The notes beneath the pieces were generated by a model. That model searched no databases, was not told the DNA's origin, and saw nothing but the letters and a program-made list of their open reading frames with translations. Of a DNA stretch of 64,000 bases, positions 50,200 through 62,900 are shown one piece after another. The DNA is from Trichodelitschia bisporula (Eukaryota), in NCBI GenBank assembly GCA_010356995.1, contig ML996692.1, positions 631,933-695,932 of the forward strand, written 5' to 3'. Made by a program: the position numbers and the translations under genes. Each line of letters opens with the position of its first letter. The stretch's first letter is position 1.

Positions 50200-52100
50200 C
50201 TAATATGTGTAGCGGAAACCCTCCTGCATAAAGTGATTAGCATCGTATAGATTTGCGACTCAACGGAGAGGCAGGGCTTACCTCGCTGTCCTCGATTGTT
50301 ATTTCTCCGCGATCGGCGCGCAGGTTATCGCGCTTGAACTTCACCGTCAACAGCGCCACGATGATGATGTTGATGATACACGCCGCCATGCATGCATAGA
50401 TGCCAGGCCGGTAATGCGGCTTGTCCTGCTCACTATTGGGGGTTAGTCGAAGCGGTTATGCTCCCAATCCGTGCTTGCTCACCGGAACACCAAGCCGCCA
50501 GCAATGCCGCCAATGCCTCCGAACCCAACAAGTGTGGCGCTACAGAATGCGCGCTTCCAGTGGCCACGGACGTTGTTCGCCTGGTAAGTCATGACAGCGG
50601 GAATATTGGCGTTGGCACCGGCGGTAATGAGGAAGATGCCAAAGTACTTCCAGTTCGCCGACTTGACCCACCCGAGGAAGGGCAGGCCGGCAAGACACAA
50701 GATCATGTTGAACGTGATGATCGGGCCACGAATGCGCATCTTATCGCCCGTATAACCCGTGGCATACATGACGATGCCGGCAAAGACGTAAGGCGGCGCG
50801 CCGAGACACTGCGCCTTCGCGATGCTGAAGTGCAACTGCTCCTTCAAGATGATCGGCAGGAAGTAGGCCAAGGCGTAGGACACGGTGGTGGTGCAGCAGA
50901 ATATCATAGCAAAGGCCCAGACTTTGAGATCGGCGGCACCTTTGAGGTACTTGGCGAGGGTGAATCGCTCGGTATGGGCGTCGCCACGATCGGCGTTGAC
51001 GCGGTCGATGACCCATTTAACTTCGCGTGGCGTGAGGAACTTCCAGTCCTTCGCCGCGTCTTCCGGGAAACCAACAAGAAAGAGGAAGCCTATTACGCCG
51101 AGGACGCAAGTGAGTACACCTTCAAGGATCTAACACGTCGTTAGGGGGGGCTTTCGTGGCGCGTAGAGAAAGCTCACGAATATCCAACGCCAGCCGCCAA
51201 GACCGGCCCTGCCGTTAAGTTGCATAAGCTGGATAGGTTAGCCTGCTTGTGACCTTCCCGAAAGGGGGCGCGTACACCGTATGCTAGGACACCAGAAAAG
51301 GCTGAAGCTACGCAGCCTAAGATATAAAACATGGAGTAACGCCGTCCCATATCAACTGCGCTAGATCAGCAGAGATAAGTGCAGAAATTTCCAGTAGGAC
51401 GCACATCGAGAGTACCATGTGCTGAGAAGGTAAACGCAGCTCGGGAAGAAACCAGCTTCAAGGATGCCGAGGAGAATACGCAGGCCCATCAACTCCTTCC
51501 ACTGTTTGACAAATCCCATAGCAATCATCAGGCCGCCCCTAACGCGTATCAGCATTCTGTCACCTATGTCTGAGTGGTCCTGCCTTACCAAACGAGCGTA
51601 ATGGTTCCAAGATGAATCCGCGGCCCGATCTTCCGGACAATGACGGTGGAAGGAATCTGGAAAATGACATAGGTAGGGAAGAAAACGAGAGTGACAATGC
51701 TCTGAGCGGGGTCAGGTTCGCAGCAAGCTGAAGAGCGTCCTCAACTCACGTATCTGTATCCCACGTTCAACTTCAATTCTTTCGTCATGCTGCTCTTCGT
51801 CAGTCTTCTAACTTCAGCTGAGATGATTCATTCCTACCCAGCAATCGCAGCATTTGAAAGATTGGTTCGATCCATCAAGCTCACGCAGTACATCAGCTGC
51901 AGAGATCAGTCTTGCGCCGCACGCGCACCAGTGATACGACGTACCCCAACCAGCGAGATCAAACGTCTGTCGATCTTGTGAATGATACTCCGCTGCTCGC
52001 GCTCCGTGAACTCCTGCGTAAATCCATCTTTGGTCGAGTCATCCTCCGGGCTCGTCCACTCGCTCTGTACCAGCTCGTGCTTGTCGCCTTTGAGAGACAT
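50200..52100 (-). CDS. MFS transporter, anion:cation symporter (allantoate/nicotinate/phthalate-type) family
   Basis: KIDRRL, LMDRTNLSNA, GILEAGFFPSCVYLLSTWY, GWRWIFILEG, YQANNVRGHWKRA, C-terminal FRYTY*; nine ~47-58-nt introns keep one frame. Confidence 0.92.
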
Positions 52101-53539
52101 CGTGGGGCGAGAGGGGCCTGCAGGTTCACGGATCCGGTTGACGTCCAAAAAAGCCCGTCACGATCCGGCTCTATACACAAGAGGGAGCGCACATAGGAAC
52201 TTTAAACGAATGTCCTCAGGGATAGCCTAAGGAGAATGTCCCCGCACTTTCCCAACTATGTTGACCCCGGTCCCCAGATGGTACAAATTGGGGCGCCTGT
52301 GAGAGATGCCGAGGGTGGAGATGATGCGGCCTGAGCTTTCAGATCTCAGTCTTTCCCTTGGATGATTGGCGAAGCCATTTCGCGGTAATGAAGGGAACGT
52401 CTGGACTCTTTCCTAACCTGGGCATGTTTGCTCCGCATAGCGCCAGGTTGACGGGCCCTGAGCGAGAGCATCTTAGCTTCAGCTCGACATGGGAGTTGTC
52501 CAGCATTGAGCTGTGCGATCCCACCACCTCTTGCGGCACAGCCAGTCATGAGATGTAGGGTCAGGTTGTACCGTAGGGAAGGCTACGTGCTTGGTTGCAG
52601 GGGCCGCTTGCTGGCCTCAATATCGCTATATTAGCTGAGCAATGACGCGCTGGCGCAAACTGACACGAAGTAGGGATCTATAGTAGGCGAAGACATCGAA
52701 AGAGAAAAGCGAATTCGAGAACTAAACTCGCAAAGAGAAGAAGGTCGGGGACCATGGCCTGCTGGGGACCAGCAAGTGCTGGACCATTGAAGCTGAGTAA
52801 CGTGCCAGTCGGGGACTTGATTGACGGGACTTGGCCTGTACTAGAAATAGGTATGCGAAGCTGCTCTGAAACCGCTTTGCGCTTGGCTGCGGTATCACAG
52901 AAATTGGCCGTTGATGGTTCGGGATAACACGCTATCATCGGGGGCAAACTCCGGAGTAGCGCGTCTGCCCATACGACAACGAGATTGTACCTGCATCGCC
53001 GGCTGGGCGCCATAGTCTTTCAGACAAGGGGTCTTCGGCGAAGGTCTAGGTCCGTGGCTGCTTCTAATGGTATCCGCACCGTATGGATTTGCGTTGCAAT
53101 AGTGCGAAAATCATCGACATACGTGATCCAGATCCGATATGAAGCCTGGGGGCATTTCCGGGTTTCGTGTAAGGCGCGAACGGCGTGTCTATAACGGCAT
53201 ATTGCTCGCCAGGACCACGCTCGTTTCGACACTCGAGCGGAACTGACAGACGGAACCGTGCAAAGTAATCTGAAGGCACCTCCATCAATTAGTAGGGTAT
53301 ACATACGCCGCAGACCGTCCCCCAATCATTGATTACAGCCTCTTTCGCAATCCACACGCTCCAGGTACTTGTCGCACAAAGTCGATATGAACGAGTCTAC
53401 AAAAGGCAGCAAGCCCCTTCGCCGCAAGTCATGGGAATATCCACGCGCCGACGCCGTGAGCCTGATGTCGACCGGAACCAAGCAAACGCCACAAAGAAGG
53501 CAAATGCCAAGGCGGCGAAGAAGGAGACGCTTCAATGGC

Positions 53540-54652
53540 TTAGCAGCATGTGCCCCGCCTTCTACCGTCGAGGTGGAAGACCTCTTCCCATTCCCTAAGC
53601 CCCGTAGACCATCCGTTTGCTCCGCGCGACCGGCCACTTCGCCGCCGCCTCACGTCCGCTGAGCCATCTTCCATGGTCATCCCACTCTTGACGCTCGCTC
53701 CGTCGGAACCTCCAGTTCCCCAGCCCCCGCTGTCGCCGTACTGGATGCCGCTCTGAGGATCGTCGGGGTTGATTTCACCGAGCTCGATTTTGGTCAAGAT
53801 CATGCGCGCAAGCTGGGAGAACACCTCGTCCACATTCTCACCCGTAAATGCGGACACCTCCAAGGAAACCGGTATGCCCTGGATTGATGCCCAGCTCGAG
53901 GCTTCGTCTGGTGAAACCTCTCGGCCTTCGGGGGCAACTGTCGCTGTATCCCGAGAACCCAGCCCATAACTGTTCATGGACCGAGGAGTATCCGACTGGT
54001 AGTCAGAGGCGCGGCTGTTGAAGCTGGTGGATGGTGTAGTCAGATGGGCAGTCAGAGGTGAGTTTACAAACGACGGTTCAGCGCTGGCGGATTCATCGGC
54101 TCTGTCCACTTTGTTGCCAGCGAGAACAACAGTGAGCTCTGGTGAGGCTAAGGCCCGAGCATCGTTGAGGAAGGTAGAAAGCGCACGGAATGAAGAGTGG
54201 TTAGTGATGTCGTAGACAAGAACAGCTCCGGCGGCACCGCGATAATAGGAACGGGAGACGGATCGAAAGCGCTCGGTCCCCGCCGTATCCCAAAGCTGAT
54301 CCTGTCAGCACGAGCGCCGGGAAGTTACCGGGAGGCATCAGACCTGGAGCTTGATCCGCTTCCTCCTTGAGCCGGTCCCAACCTTGACGATCTTAGAGGC
54401 AAACTCAACGCCTATGGTTTGCGACGTGAGAACGCGCCCTATGTGGTGTAAGCAATACGTACAGCGCGCCAAATGAACGACTTGCATTACACTCATTCTT
54501 GACAAAGCGGTGCAGTAGACATGATCTCAATGCCTTATCAGCACGACTCTGCTATGGTTGCCGACAGGGCAACATTGAGGGACGAGAGGTACTGCTCACT
54601 TTCCAGCTCCGCTCGGACCAAGCAGTATAATTTTGGCGAGGTAGTCATACAT
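53540..54652 (-). CDS. Rab4-like small GTPase (N-terminus may extend further upstream)
   Basis: MYDYLAKIILLGPSGAGKSCLL, TIGVEFASK, WDTAGTERFRSVSRSYYRGA, NKVD, EVSAFTGENVDEVF, C-terminal CC; introns 54526-54599, 54439-54490, ~54296-54343. Confidence 0.9.
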
Positions 54653-55250
54653 GCTACCCAATTCCTGTGCAGAACCGTAAGCCCCAGTTCGCGGTGCGGT
54701 AGGGTCGCCGGACGAGTACCTGGTTGGCAGCGCCAGAGGAATTGTCCGAAGCGCTGGAAGTTGCACGTTGGCGAGGCATTTCGTGAACTGTGAGAATGCT
54801 ATAACACGGCTACCGTAACTGCCGAGCGAAGCCGATTTGCCTGTGGCTACAAGCGAAACATGGAGAATTGCGGGGTGTTGTTCAGATGTCGAAAGCCCAG
54901 TGCGCAAAGAAGCAACAACAACCGCTGAGCTCAGACCCGATGATAACGGGATGACAGTTCCCATCTCGCCTTGGCAATGACATCCGTGCGTAAGGTAATA
55001 TTTACGGTACTCCAGAACGTCCAGATAAGATGACAAGTGGTCAGCCGATCACCAACTTCACCTTCAACCAACTCTTCATACAGTAAGATCCACAAGACAT
55101 CTCCTGTCACCTTTACGCATCGTCAACTGCATCACAAGGCTGGTTCATGTAGGTTAGAGCAATTATTAAAGGCAAAATCCGATACCCTATTGTACGCCAT
55201 CATATTCCCCATATTTCAACTTCATCTCGCTAACCATACTGTAAGACAGC

Positions 55251-57056
55251 TCAAACGGCGACCTTAGCCAACTTCCATGCCTGATAGTCATTTGCTACAC
55301 TCTCGTCCAGCGCTTCCTTATACGCTGGAAGGCCTCCTGACCTATCAGGACGGTTAGCTTGTGCCCTCGACTGCTCAGCCGGCTTGGAAGCCGCAGACTC
55401 ACCAGTTCAAGGCCTGAATTCTTTTCCCGGGGATGTTTGAGCTTTGATACCATGACTTCACCATGGGGAACAGGGACATGTTCCACTTCTCATTGACGCG
55501 ACGAGTCCATTCCACCTCCGCCTCAGGCTTTGGATCGATGCGGGTTATGCCCTTGGCCCTCAGGTCTCTAATAACCGTGTCGACCCAAGTCGCCTGGACC
55601 TCAAGACAAGTCGGCCCGTTAGCGAAGGCCGTCGGCCCTTGCGGCGCATACGGTACAAAGAGGTTCGGAAATCCTGCTATTGCATTGCCAAAGGCCGTCC
55701 GCACTCCATCCTTCCAGTGATCTGCAATGGTGCCGCCGTCTGTGCCTCGAATGTTAAGGCAACTGAGCGAGCCGGTGAGGCTATCGAAGCCAGTCGCAAG
55801 AATGATCATGTTGACCTCTACGAAACCAGACTTGGTCCGAATGCCCCTTTCGGTGACCTCAATAATGGGGTCCTTGTTCACATCAATGATGCCCACGTTT
55901 TTAGCCGAAACGACTTGGTAGAAGTTTTGCTCCAGCGCTGGCCTTTTTGTACCTATTGGATGAGGCGGCTTTTCGGGGGCCAGTAGCTCCTGCTTCTTGG
56001 GATCAGGGATCCGCTTCCGGACTGTTTCTTCCAAAACTCATAAGCCTCGTCATTTGCTTTTCGATCGAGCAGTATGTCCTTGTAAGTACCTAGCCAGAAT
56101 CTGAAGCCCCCTTCTTCCGCTAAGAGTTTGTGGAAGAACTTCTCTTTCTCCTCAGGGGTGTGGTCAAATGTGCTCGCGTCGCTAAGGCTGAAGCTGAAGC
56201 CTACAAAGGTGGAGAAAGCACCCTTCATAAATGCGTCCCACTCCCCGCTTATTTTCTTCGCTTCTACTTCTTTGGGGTTGAGGAGGCTCTGGTTCATGGG
56301 CAGAGCGTAGTTTGGCGTTCTCTGGTAGACTGTAAGATGCTCGACAATCGGACCGATCTCCTGGATCGGCTGCACCCCGGAGGCCCCGGTTCCGACGACG
56401 GCGGTGCGCTTTTTCTTCAGGCTTACGGAATACTGGGGCCAAACGGCGGTGTGGTGGACGTCGCCCCGGAATTCGGAAAGGCCTTTGAATGGTGGCGTGA
56501 ACCTCTTCGCCGCGAAGCCAACGCAAGGGATGAACCATCGGCAGTAAATCCGACTCCCATCAGCGCACTCCACCCGCCACACGTGCCTGGATTCGTCAAA
56601 GACAGCCTCGCCCACATGCTTATTGTACATGATATTTTTCTCAGGTCCCACTTGTCTTCGACATACTCGAAATACCGATGGAATTCCTCTCGGCCTGGAT
56701 AGCGTTCCTTAAAGGTGAAGTTCTGCCGCAGCTCCTTGTCGAGAATCTGGTACATTTGCATGTCGGTGTCGACGCGAGCTCCAGGATAACAGTTCCAGTA
56801 CCAGACACCGCCGCTCGCGGTGCCCTTTTCGTATATCTTGGTAGTCATTCCTTGCTTCCGCAGTCTTGTATTGTCAGCTTATTACACTGTCGACGGAACG
56901 CTGGGCTCACTTGTTCATGAGTAGGAATCCTCCAAACCCGGCACCCACAATGAGGACATCCACCTCTGGAATGCCATTGGATTCGGCCCCAATTTCACTG
57001 TGCAACATCTTTTGCTCGGTGGATAGACAGTTGGAGGTTGACGAGTCGATGGTCAT
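55251..57056 (-). pseudogene. Baeyer-Villiger monooxygenase (cyclohexanone/cyclopentanone MO type) with two frameshifts
   Basis: VGAGFGG, GGVWYWNCYPGARVD, BVMO fingerprint FRGDVHHTAVWP, VVGTGASG, ATGFD. Homology is split across three frames at ~56637 and ~56026; two normal introns. Confidence 0.8.
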
Positions 57057-58062
57057 GGTCTGTCACTCGATACCAGGCTAGATTTCGATGTGGTTTTCCT
57101 CCTAGCTTCTCGTGGTGTTCAAGGCGTTTTATAAGGGCGCCATAGCCCTTCCTCGCTCCACCGTCCCTCTCCCTTTTTTGGGTGCTTCCTCGACAAACGA
57201 CGGCTGGTAAGTGTGCCTTCGGCCTTTTGGTAGGTTACGCAGCCCCTCACTGCAGAATGTGGAATCACACGGCATAGCAAAGTCGAGCAAATGGTAAAAA
57301 GAAGTGGCCGTTCAAGGCTGTACAAGGATGGGTCTCAAGGAGGCTAATCACCCCGCATTCTTTTATCCAGAAGTCTCTCCGCTAATGCACCTTTAACCCC
57401 GGGCACAGCTGCAATGCATGCAATATAGCCTCCCGCTGAACGACATGCTCACTGCTACTACTATACTACCTTACTCCCTAGGTCTGGCCTTCAGGTTTGA
57501 ATCTCAAGCTAGCTGACGTACAGACTTGAACTAGCACTCCCTAGTCGCTTCATATACGCAAAGCAACTGCAATCAGGAGCGCGGCAACGATTCCGTCTTC
57601 ACACATCGGGCAACAGCTACGTCTTCATAAATCACCAACTCTTTGCTTCCATTGCAGAATATCTTCTCCAGATATTTGCCAACTGCGGGGTACTCGATGC
57701 GGACATCCCTGAGAAGTCGTCATATGGGGAAGATGCTGGACATTTTCCGTTGGACTGGGTTACCAGACGCCATGCAACGAAAACAACCACAGTTAGCCGA
57801 CATATGCATGCCGTGCCACGTGGAGCAATAAACCCTATGAATATAGGTATCTCCAGCAAAAGTCCCTTGTTCATAATACCCCAGTGTATGGACCGACAAC
57901 AAGGCATCGCTTATGAGGGTAAGAGCATCTTTGCATCCAGCCAGCGGTCGAGGGGATCGGAGTATTGGCCTGTGAAATAGGGTATCGGCAACAGGAACTT
58001 CTCTCAACAATACACTCTCATCGGCCAAACAGGGACCCTCAAGGAGGAGGATGCTCGCTCAA

Positions 58063-59306
58063 TCACTCCATGAGCCTCCCAACTTTCCCCGTCAGAATCC
58101 ATGGCCGGCACTCCCAGAACTCATCCTTGATGAGATCGATGTGCTGGACAGCGATGCCAGCCTTTGCCTTAGTTTTCTTCTCTCGTTCGGCGGCGCTCTT
58201 ACTGGGCTTCTGAACCTCTCTGGTAGGCGCTGCGAGGCTGGCTTCGGTAAGGGTTGAAGAGGCCTTGCGACCGGTCGCGGGGTTCAGCGTCTGTAGTTCG
58301 AACTGCGAGGGTCAGGTAGGTAGGGTGACTGACCGTCAAACGTACATTGCGGTAGAGGACTGTTCCTTTCTTGAACATCTCGGGCTCGTTATTGTAGTTG
58401 ATGCCTAGTTGAAAGAGGATTTCGTTTTTGTCTGAGGATAGGGTACCCTTGGCGTAGACGTCAGAAATGTAAAGCTGCTGGCGAGGCTGAAACTGGTGCT
58501 CCAGTGAGAACTCACCGATAGTCTCTGCTCGGCTTCCCTAGCGTCAATACCACTGCGTTGAATCAAAGCCCAAAATGTCGTGTTGTAGAGATTGTTTATG
58601 TGGCCTTGAAGGTATTAGCCCGCCCTGCATTAAGGTCGCAACCCGCTCCGTCCGGGACGGAAAGAGCTCATGAAAGGGACAACTGCTGTACTCACAGTCC
58701 ACCTGCCGCCAACTCAAATAGTCCCGCAGGTTCTCTACGCTTGGGTAACACACGGTACGGCCATCAAAAGTCGGCAGCGGCACACTGAGCCGCACGCCAG
58801 GGAAATATTCCGGCCAGAGCAGGACGTAGTAAGCCGTGAAGGTGGATGCAACAGTTGTCATAAGTTTGCTAAATGATAGTTGAGCTCGGGGGCAACTGCA
58901 ACGTCAGGGACAGCGTACCTCGACCGCCTCTCGAAGAGCGCGCAATCCTTATGGAACACAAAGCTGGGGACGGCGTTAGGGAAATGTTACGTTACGTGAA
59001 ACTCGAGTTGCGTGGTACCTGAACTCGTCGCTGCAGCCATAGCCCAGGACGACGTCCGGAAGTTCCTTCATGACGGCGGCAGCGGCACCGTTCATGAGAT
59101 CGATGGCACGTTTATCCGTCGGCTTCTCGAACTCATATTTAGCGGAGAACCTATTTGCCAATTAACAATGCTACATGGAGAGCACTCGCAGTGCAGGCGC
59201 ACTTGTGAAACCCGCGTCCGTCGATGCGGACTACGATCCAGGTATTTTTCAAGAGGGCGTCCGACTGCTCGAACTCGCGAACATATTCATACTTCGAGTT
59301 CGCCAT
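58063..59306 (-). CDS. THG1: tRNA(His) guanylyltransferase
   Basis: [63 protein letters not shown]; about six introns. Confidence 0.95.
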
Positions 59307-59949
59307 CACACGAATGTCGGGTTAGAGAGGCGAACTCCTGGTTCGGCGAAGCGTGTGCTTGGTAAAAATGCAACAATGAATGCACATGCAACCTCACTTA
59401 GCGGTCACGTCAGTCAAAGAACGGGCTCGCCCAGCTGATGAGTCACGGTACCACAATTTCAGAGGCAAGAGAGCACCAGCTTTCAACGGCACATTCATTC
59501 AATCCTGTTCGAGTATCATAAAATCGGATCGTGCTTCCGACCCCAGAACTCTCCCCACCTTCAGGCCCGGTAACCACACCTCAGAAAGCATCCTCTCAGC
59601 CAGATTTTTCTAGTCCACGATTGTATGAGAGTGAAAGGGACCACGGAAGTGCCATGTGCCATGCAAGAACAAATTACAACGCCATTGACCTCCCAGGTTT
59701 ATCCTTTGAAACACCATGCGATAGCAATCCCTCAACCTATACAAATTGAGTCCCCAACCAACATGCAGATTTCTGTTTTGCAATACACCCTCTTTTGATG
59801 AAATAAAATAGCTGCATCGTGAATGTTGTTACAAATGAAAGCAACGCAGAGTCCTTGTGGACGCAAACCTACTGAGGCGTCCTTGTCTTGACAAAGACTA
59901 TCCACCCATGACGGCGGTGGAAGAGACAATGGTAAAGCACGGAGAAAGC

Positions 59950-62900
59950 TCACTGAGGGGAATATGTCGGTGACGTCGGTGAGTACTTCGGCGATGTTGC
60001 ACTGTACGGGGCATCCTGGTTCGGCGAAGTCGGTGAGTACCGCGGTGAAGTCGGCGAATACGCGTTCACGCCTGGACTCGTCGGGCTGTACACAGGCGAC
60101 GTGGGCGAGCGCCGATCGCTGGTACCCTGGAACGAAGGGCTCGTGGGGCTGTACACCGGCGAAGTCGGGCTGTAGTTGGGGGACGTGGGTGAGTAGCTCG
60201 GAGATGTAGCGCCACGAGGCGACGTAGGACTGAAACTAGGAGACGTGGGAGAGTAGCTAGGCGACGTCGGTGAATATTGAGGTGACGTCGGTGAGTAGCT
60301 GGGCGACGTGGGCGAGTATGAGGGCGACGTCGGGGAAGCGTAGTTGGGCGACGTAGGCGAATACGTCGGAGAGGTCGGCGTATAAGCGGGACTCGCTGGA
60401 GACGATCCACCGAAGCGCGGGCTCGTGATAGCCATGCCAGGAGAGGTTGGAGAAAAGCCAGGGGAGGAAGGTGAGTACCCGGGAGAAGTCGGGCTCGTTC
60501 CGCTGAAGGGGCTGGTTGGGTGATAACCAGGGCTCTGTGCACTAGCATACGGACTGAACCCACCATCGCCCAAGCTGCCGTTTCCATATGCCGTAAGTCC
60601 TCCACCTTCGGAACCGCCAACCTGCACCATGGGAGAGAAGGAAGCACCGTAGTCAGGACCACCGGCGAATGTGCCCTCGTGTGCAGGAGATCCTATGTCA
60701 TAGGGTGTCGCAGCTCCGCCCATCGGATCATTCACACGTTCGGGATGGATTCCGTAGCGCGCATTGTCTGTTATCGCAGTGTTCAGCATGGCCTGATCCA
60801 GGAACACGTCCAAGTCACCAGTTCCAAGCGGTGCAAGCTGGCCGAGCATAACATTCTCAGAAATGCCGCGGCAGTCGTCGATTTCACCAACAGCAGCAGC
60901 CTCCAATAAGATCTCCACGGTTTCTTCGAAGGAGCAGCGCATCAAAGCGCCGGTGTCGGCTCGGTTGATGCCATGCCGAGTAACTGCCATGAGGAACCCA
61001 CGGGACGTCATGACGTCCACAAGAAGGGCCAAATGGCGATGGTTGACGTACGAACCATCGAAAGACAGCACCATGACCAGTTCCTTCGTGAGAGCCGCAC
61101 GAGCAGCTTCGATACCGAATACGTGCAAAATCTCGATGAACGAGTTCGAGTACGTCCGGTAAGGGTCGACGCCCTCGACCTCCAGTACACTCTTGAGGGC
61201 TGTGCCGCTGGTATTGAGGAACCACTCTTCGCAACGGGTATCTTCGGAATTCTTGACCAGAGCGCCGTCAGCGTCTTCCCTAACGATCGTCTTGTGGTCG
61301 ATGAAGGCCCTGTCGACACCTTCAACACCACGAAGCGTCAGACTCTCTAGGAGATGCTCCTCGATTTTCTTAAGCACCATGTCTTGGTCCATATCCTCAT
61401 CTTCCTTGCTGTCCAAGACGAGACGCATGCGGACCACCTGCTCATCGGCGTTATTGTCGCTGAAAATGAGAGCCACTTCCGCGCGGTATGCCCCCTTGAT
61501 CTTGGCAGCAACATCAGCGATGGTTAGACCCTTGTCAAGCAGCTTGCGACGGCCAAGGACAAAACGGAGTACCCATTTAGACTGGCGGTCGACGGTGTCT
61601 GAGTCGGTTTCGGGGATGATGAAATACGATTCCACCATGTCGACATCTGCCTCGATAACAGTTTGACGGGGGTCAGGGTCGTAGTAGATCTCCGCTGCGT
61701 CCGTGACAGATTTCAGTTTCGTGTGTTCAACTAAGCTGCGCAACTTCTTTGCGCCTTCTTGGCTGAACCGGTTATCGCCCTCCTGATACACCCACATGGA
61801 CGGAGTCTTGATGTTGACGGCGCAATTCAGAATTTCCTTGAGACGAGGAACACCGAGGGTGACGTTCTTGGAGGAGACACCGGCAAAATGGAAGGTGTTC
61901 AAAGTCATCTGAGTCGCAGGCTCACCGATAGACTGTGCCGCCAGAACGCCAACCATATCGCCAGGGCTCGCAGCAGCGCGGAGGAATGAATTCTCGAACT
62001 CGCCGAGGATATTTTCGAAAGCAAGCTTGTTGAGGGAATGCTCCACGACAAGCCGCTTGTAGGCTAGACGGGATCGCAGATGTGCCTTGATAAGCAAAGT
62101 CGCGCTTTCCTGGGCCTCTTTTGACAGCTCATCATCACCGCGGATAACGACGAGGTTATCCAGCATGGCCTCAACTCGAGTAATGACATACTCAGGGTGT
62201 AGATCGCTGCGGCCACGATCCTTAATGCGAAACTTGGTCCTAGCACTTTCGATGACGCGAATGATATTCAGCGGGAGCTGATACTCTTCGTCGTCATTCA
62301 ACTGCTCGCGCATAAATTTGCGCGCGTCCTTGAGTCTATCCCATTCTTCATCTAGGTAGCGCTGGACCTTGACATCGCCTGAAATCTCGGTGGCTTGCTC
62401 AAGGATGTCGGAGGCGGGCATCTTCTTTGGATCCATGACATCCACGCGGAACATCTTCTCGAACTGGGCGTCGGAGCACTTGATGAAGTCCATACGCTGT
62501 TTTTCAATGCGTTGGCCATCAAGGCCGTCCTCGCCATAGACGAACTGAACGATGTCACCGAGTGAGTTGCGCACAGTGCCGTCATACTTAACCGAGACGT
62601 CTTCGAGAGCTTTGACGAGACGACGCTGAATGTAACCAGTTTCGGCAGTCTTGACGGCTGTATCAATGAGACCTTCGCGACCAGCCATGGCGTGGAAGAA
62701 GAACTCGCTTGGCGTCAATCCGCGAAGGTACGAGTTCTCGACGAAACCACGGGATTCAGGAGAATAATCGTCCTTGGTGAAGTGTGGAAGCGACCGGTAC
62801 TTAAAGCCAAACGGAATGCGCTTCCCTTCAACTGACTGCTGGCCGACCAAGGCTGTCATTTGCGAGATGTTGATATTCGAGCCCTTGGAGCCTGAACGAG

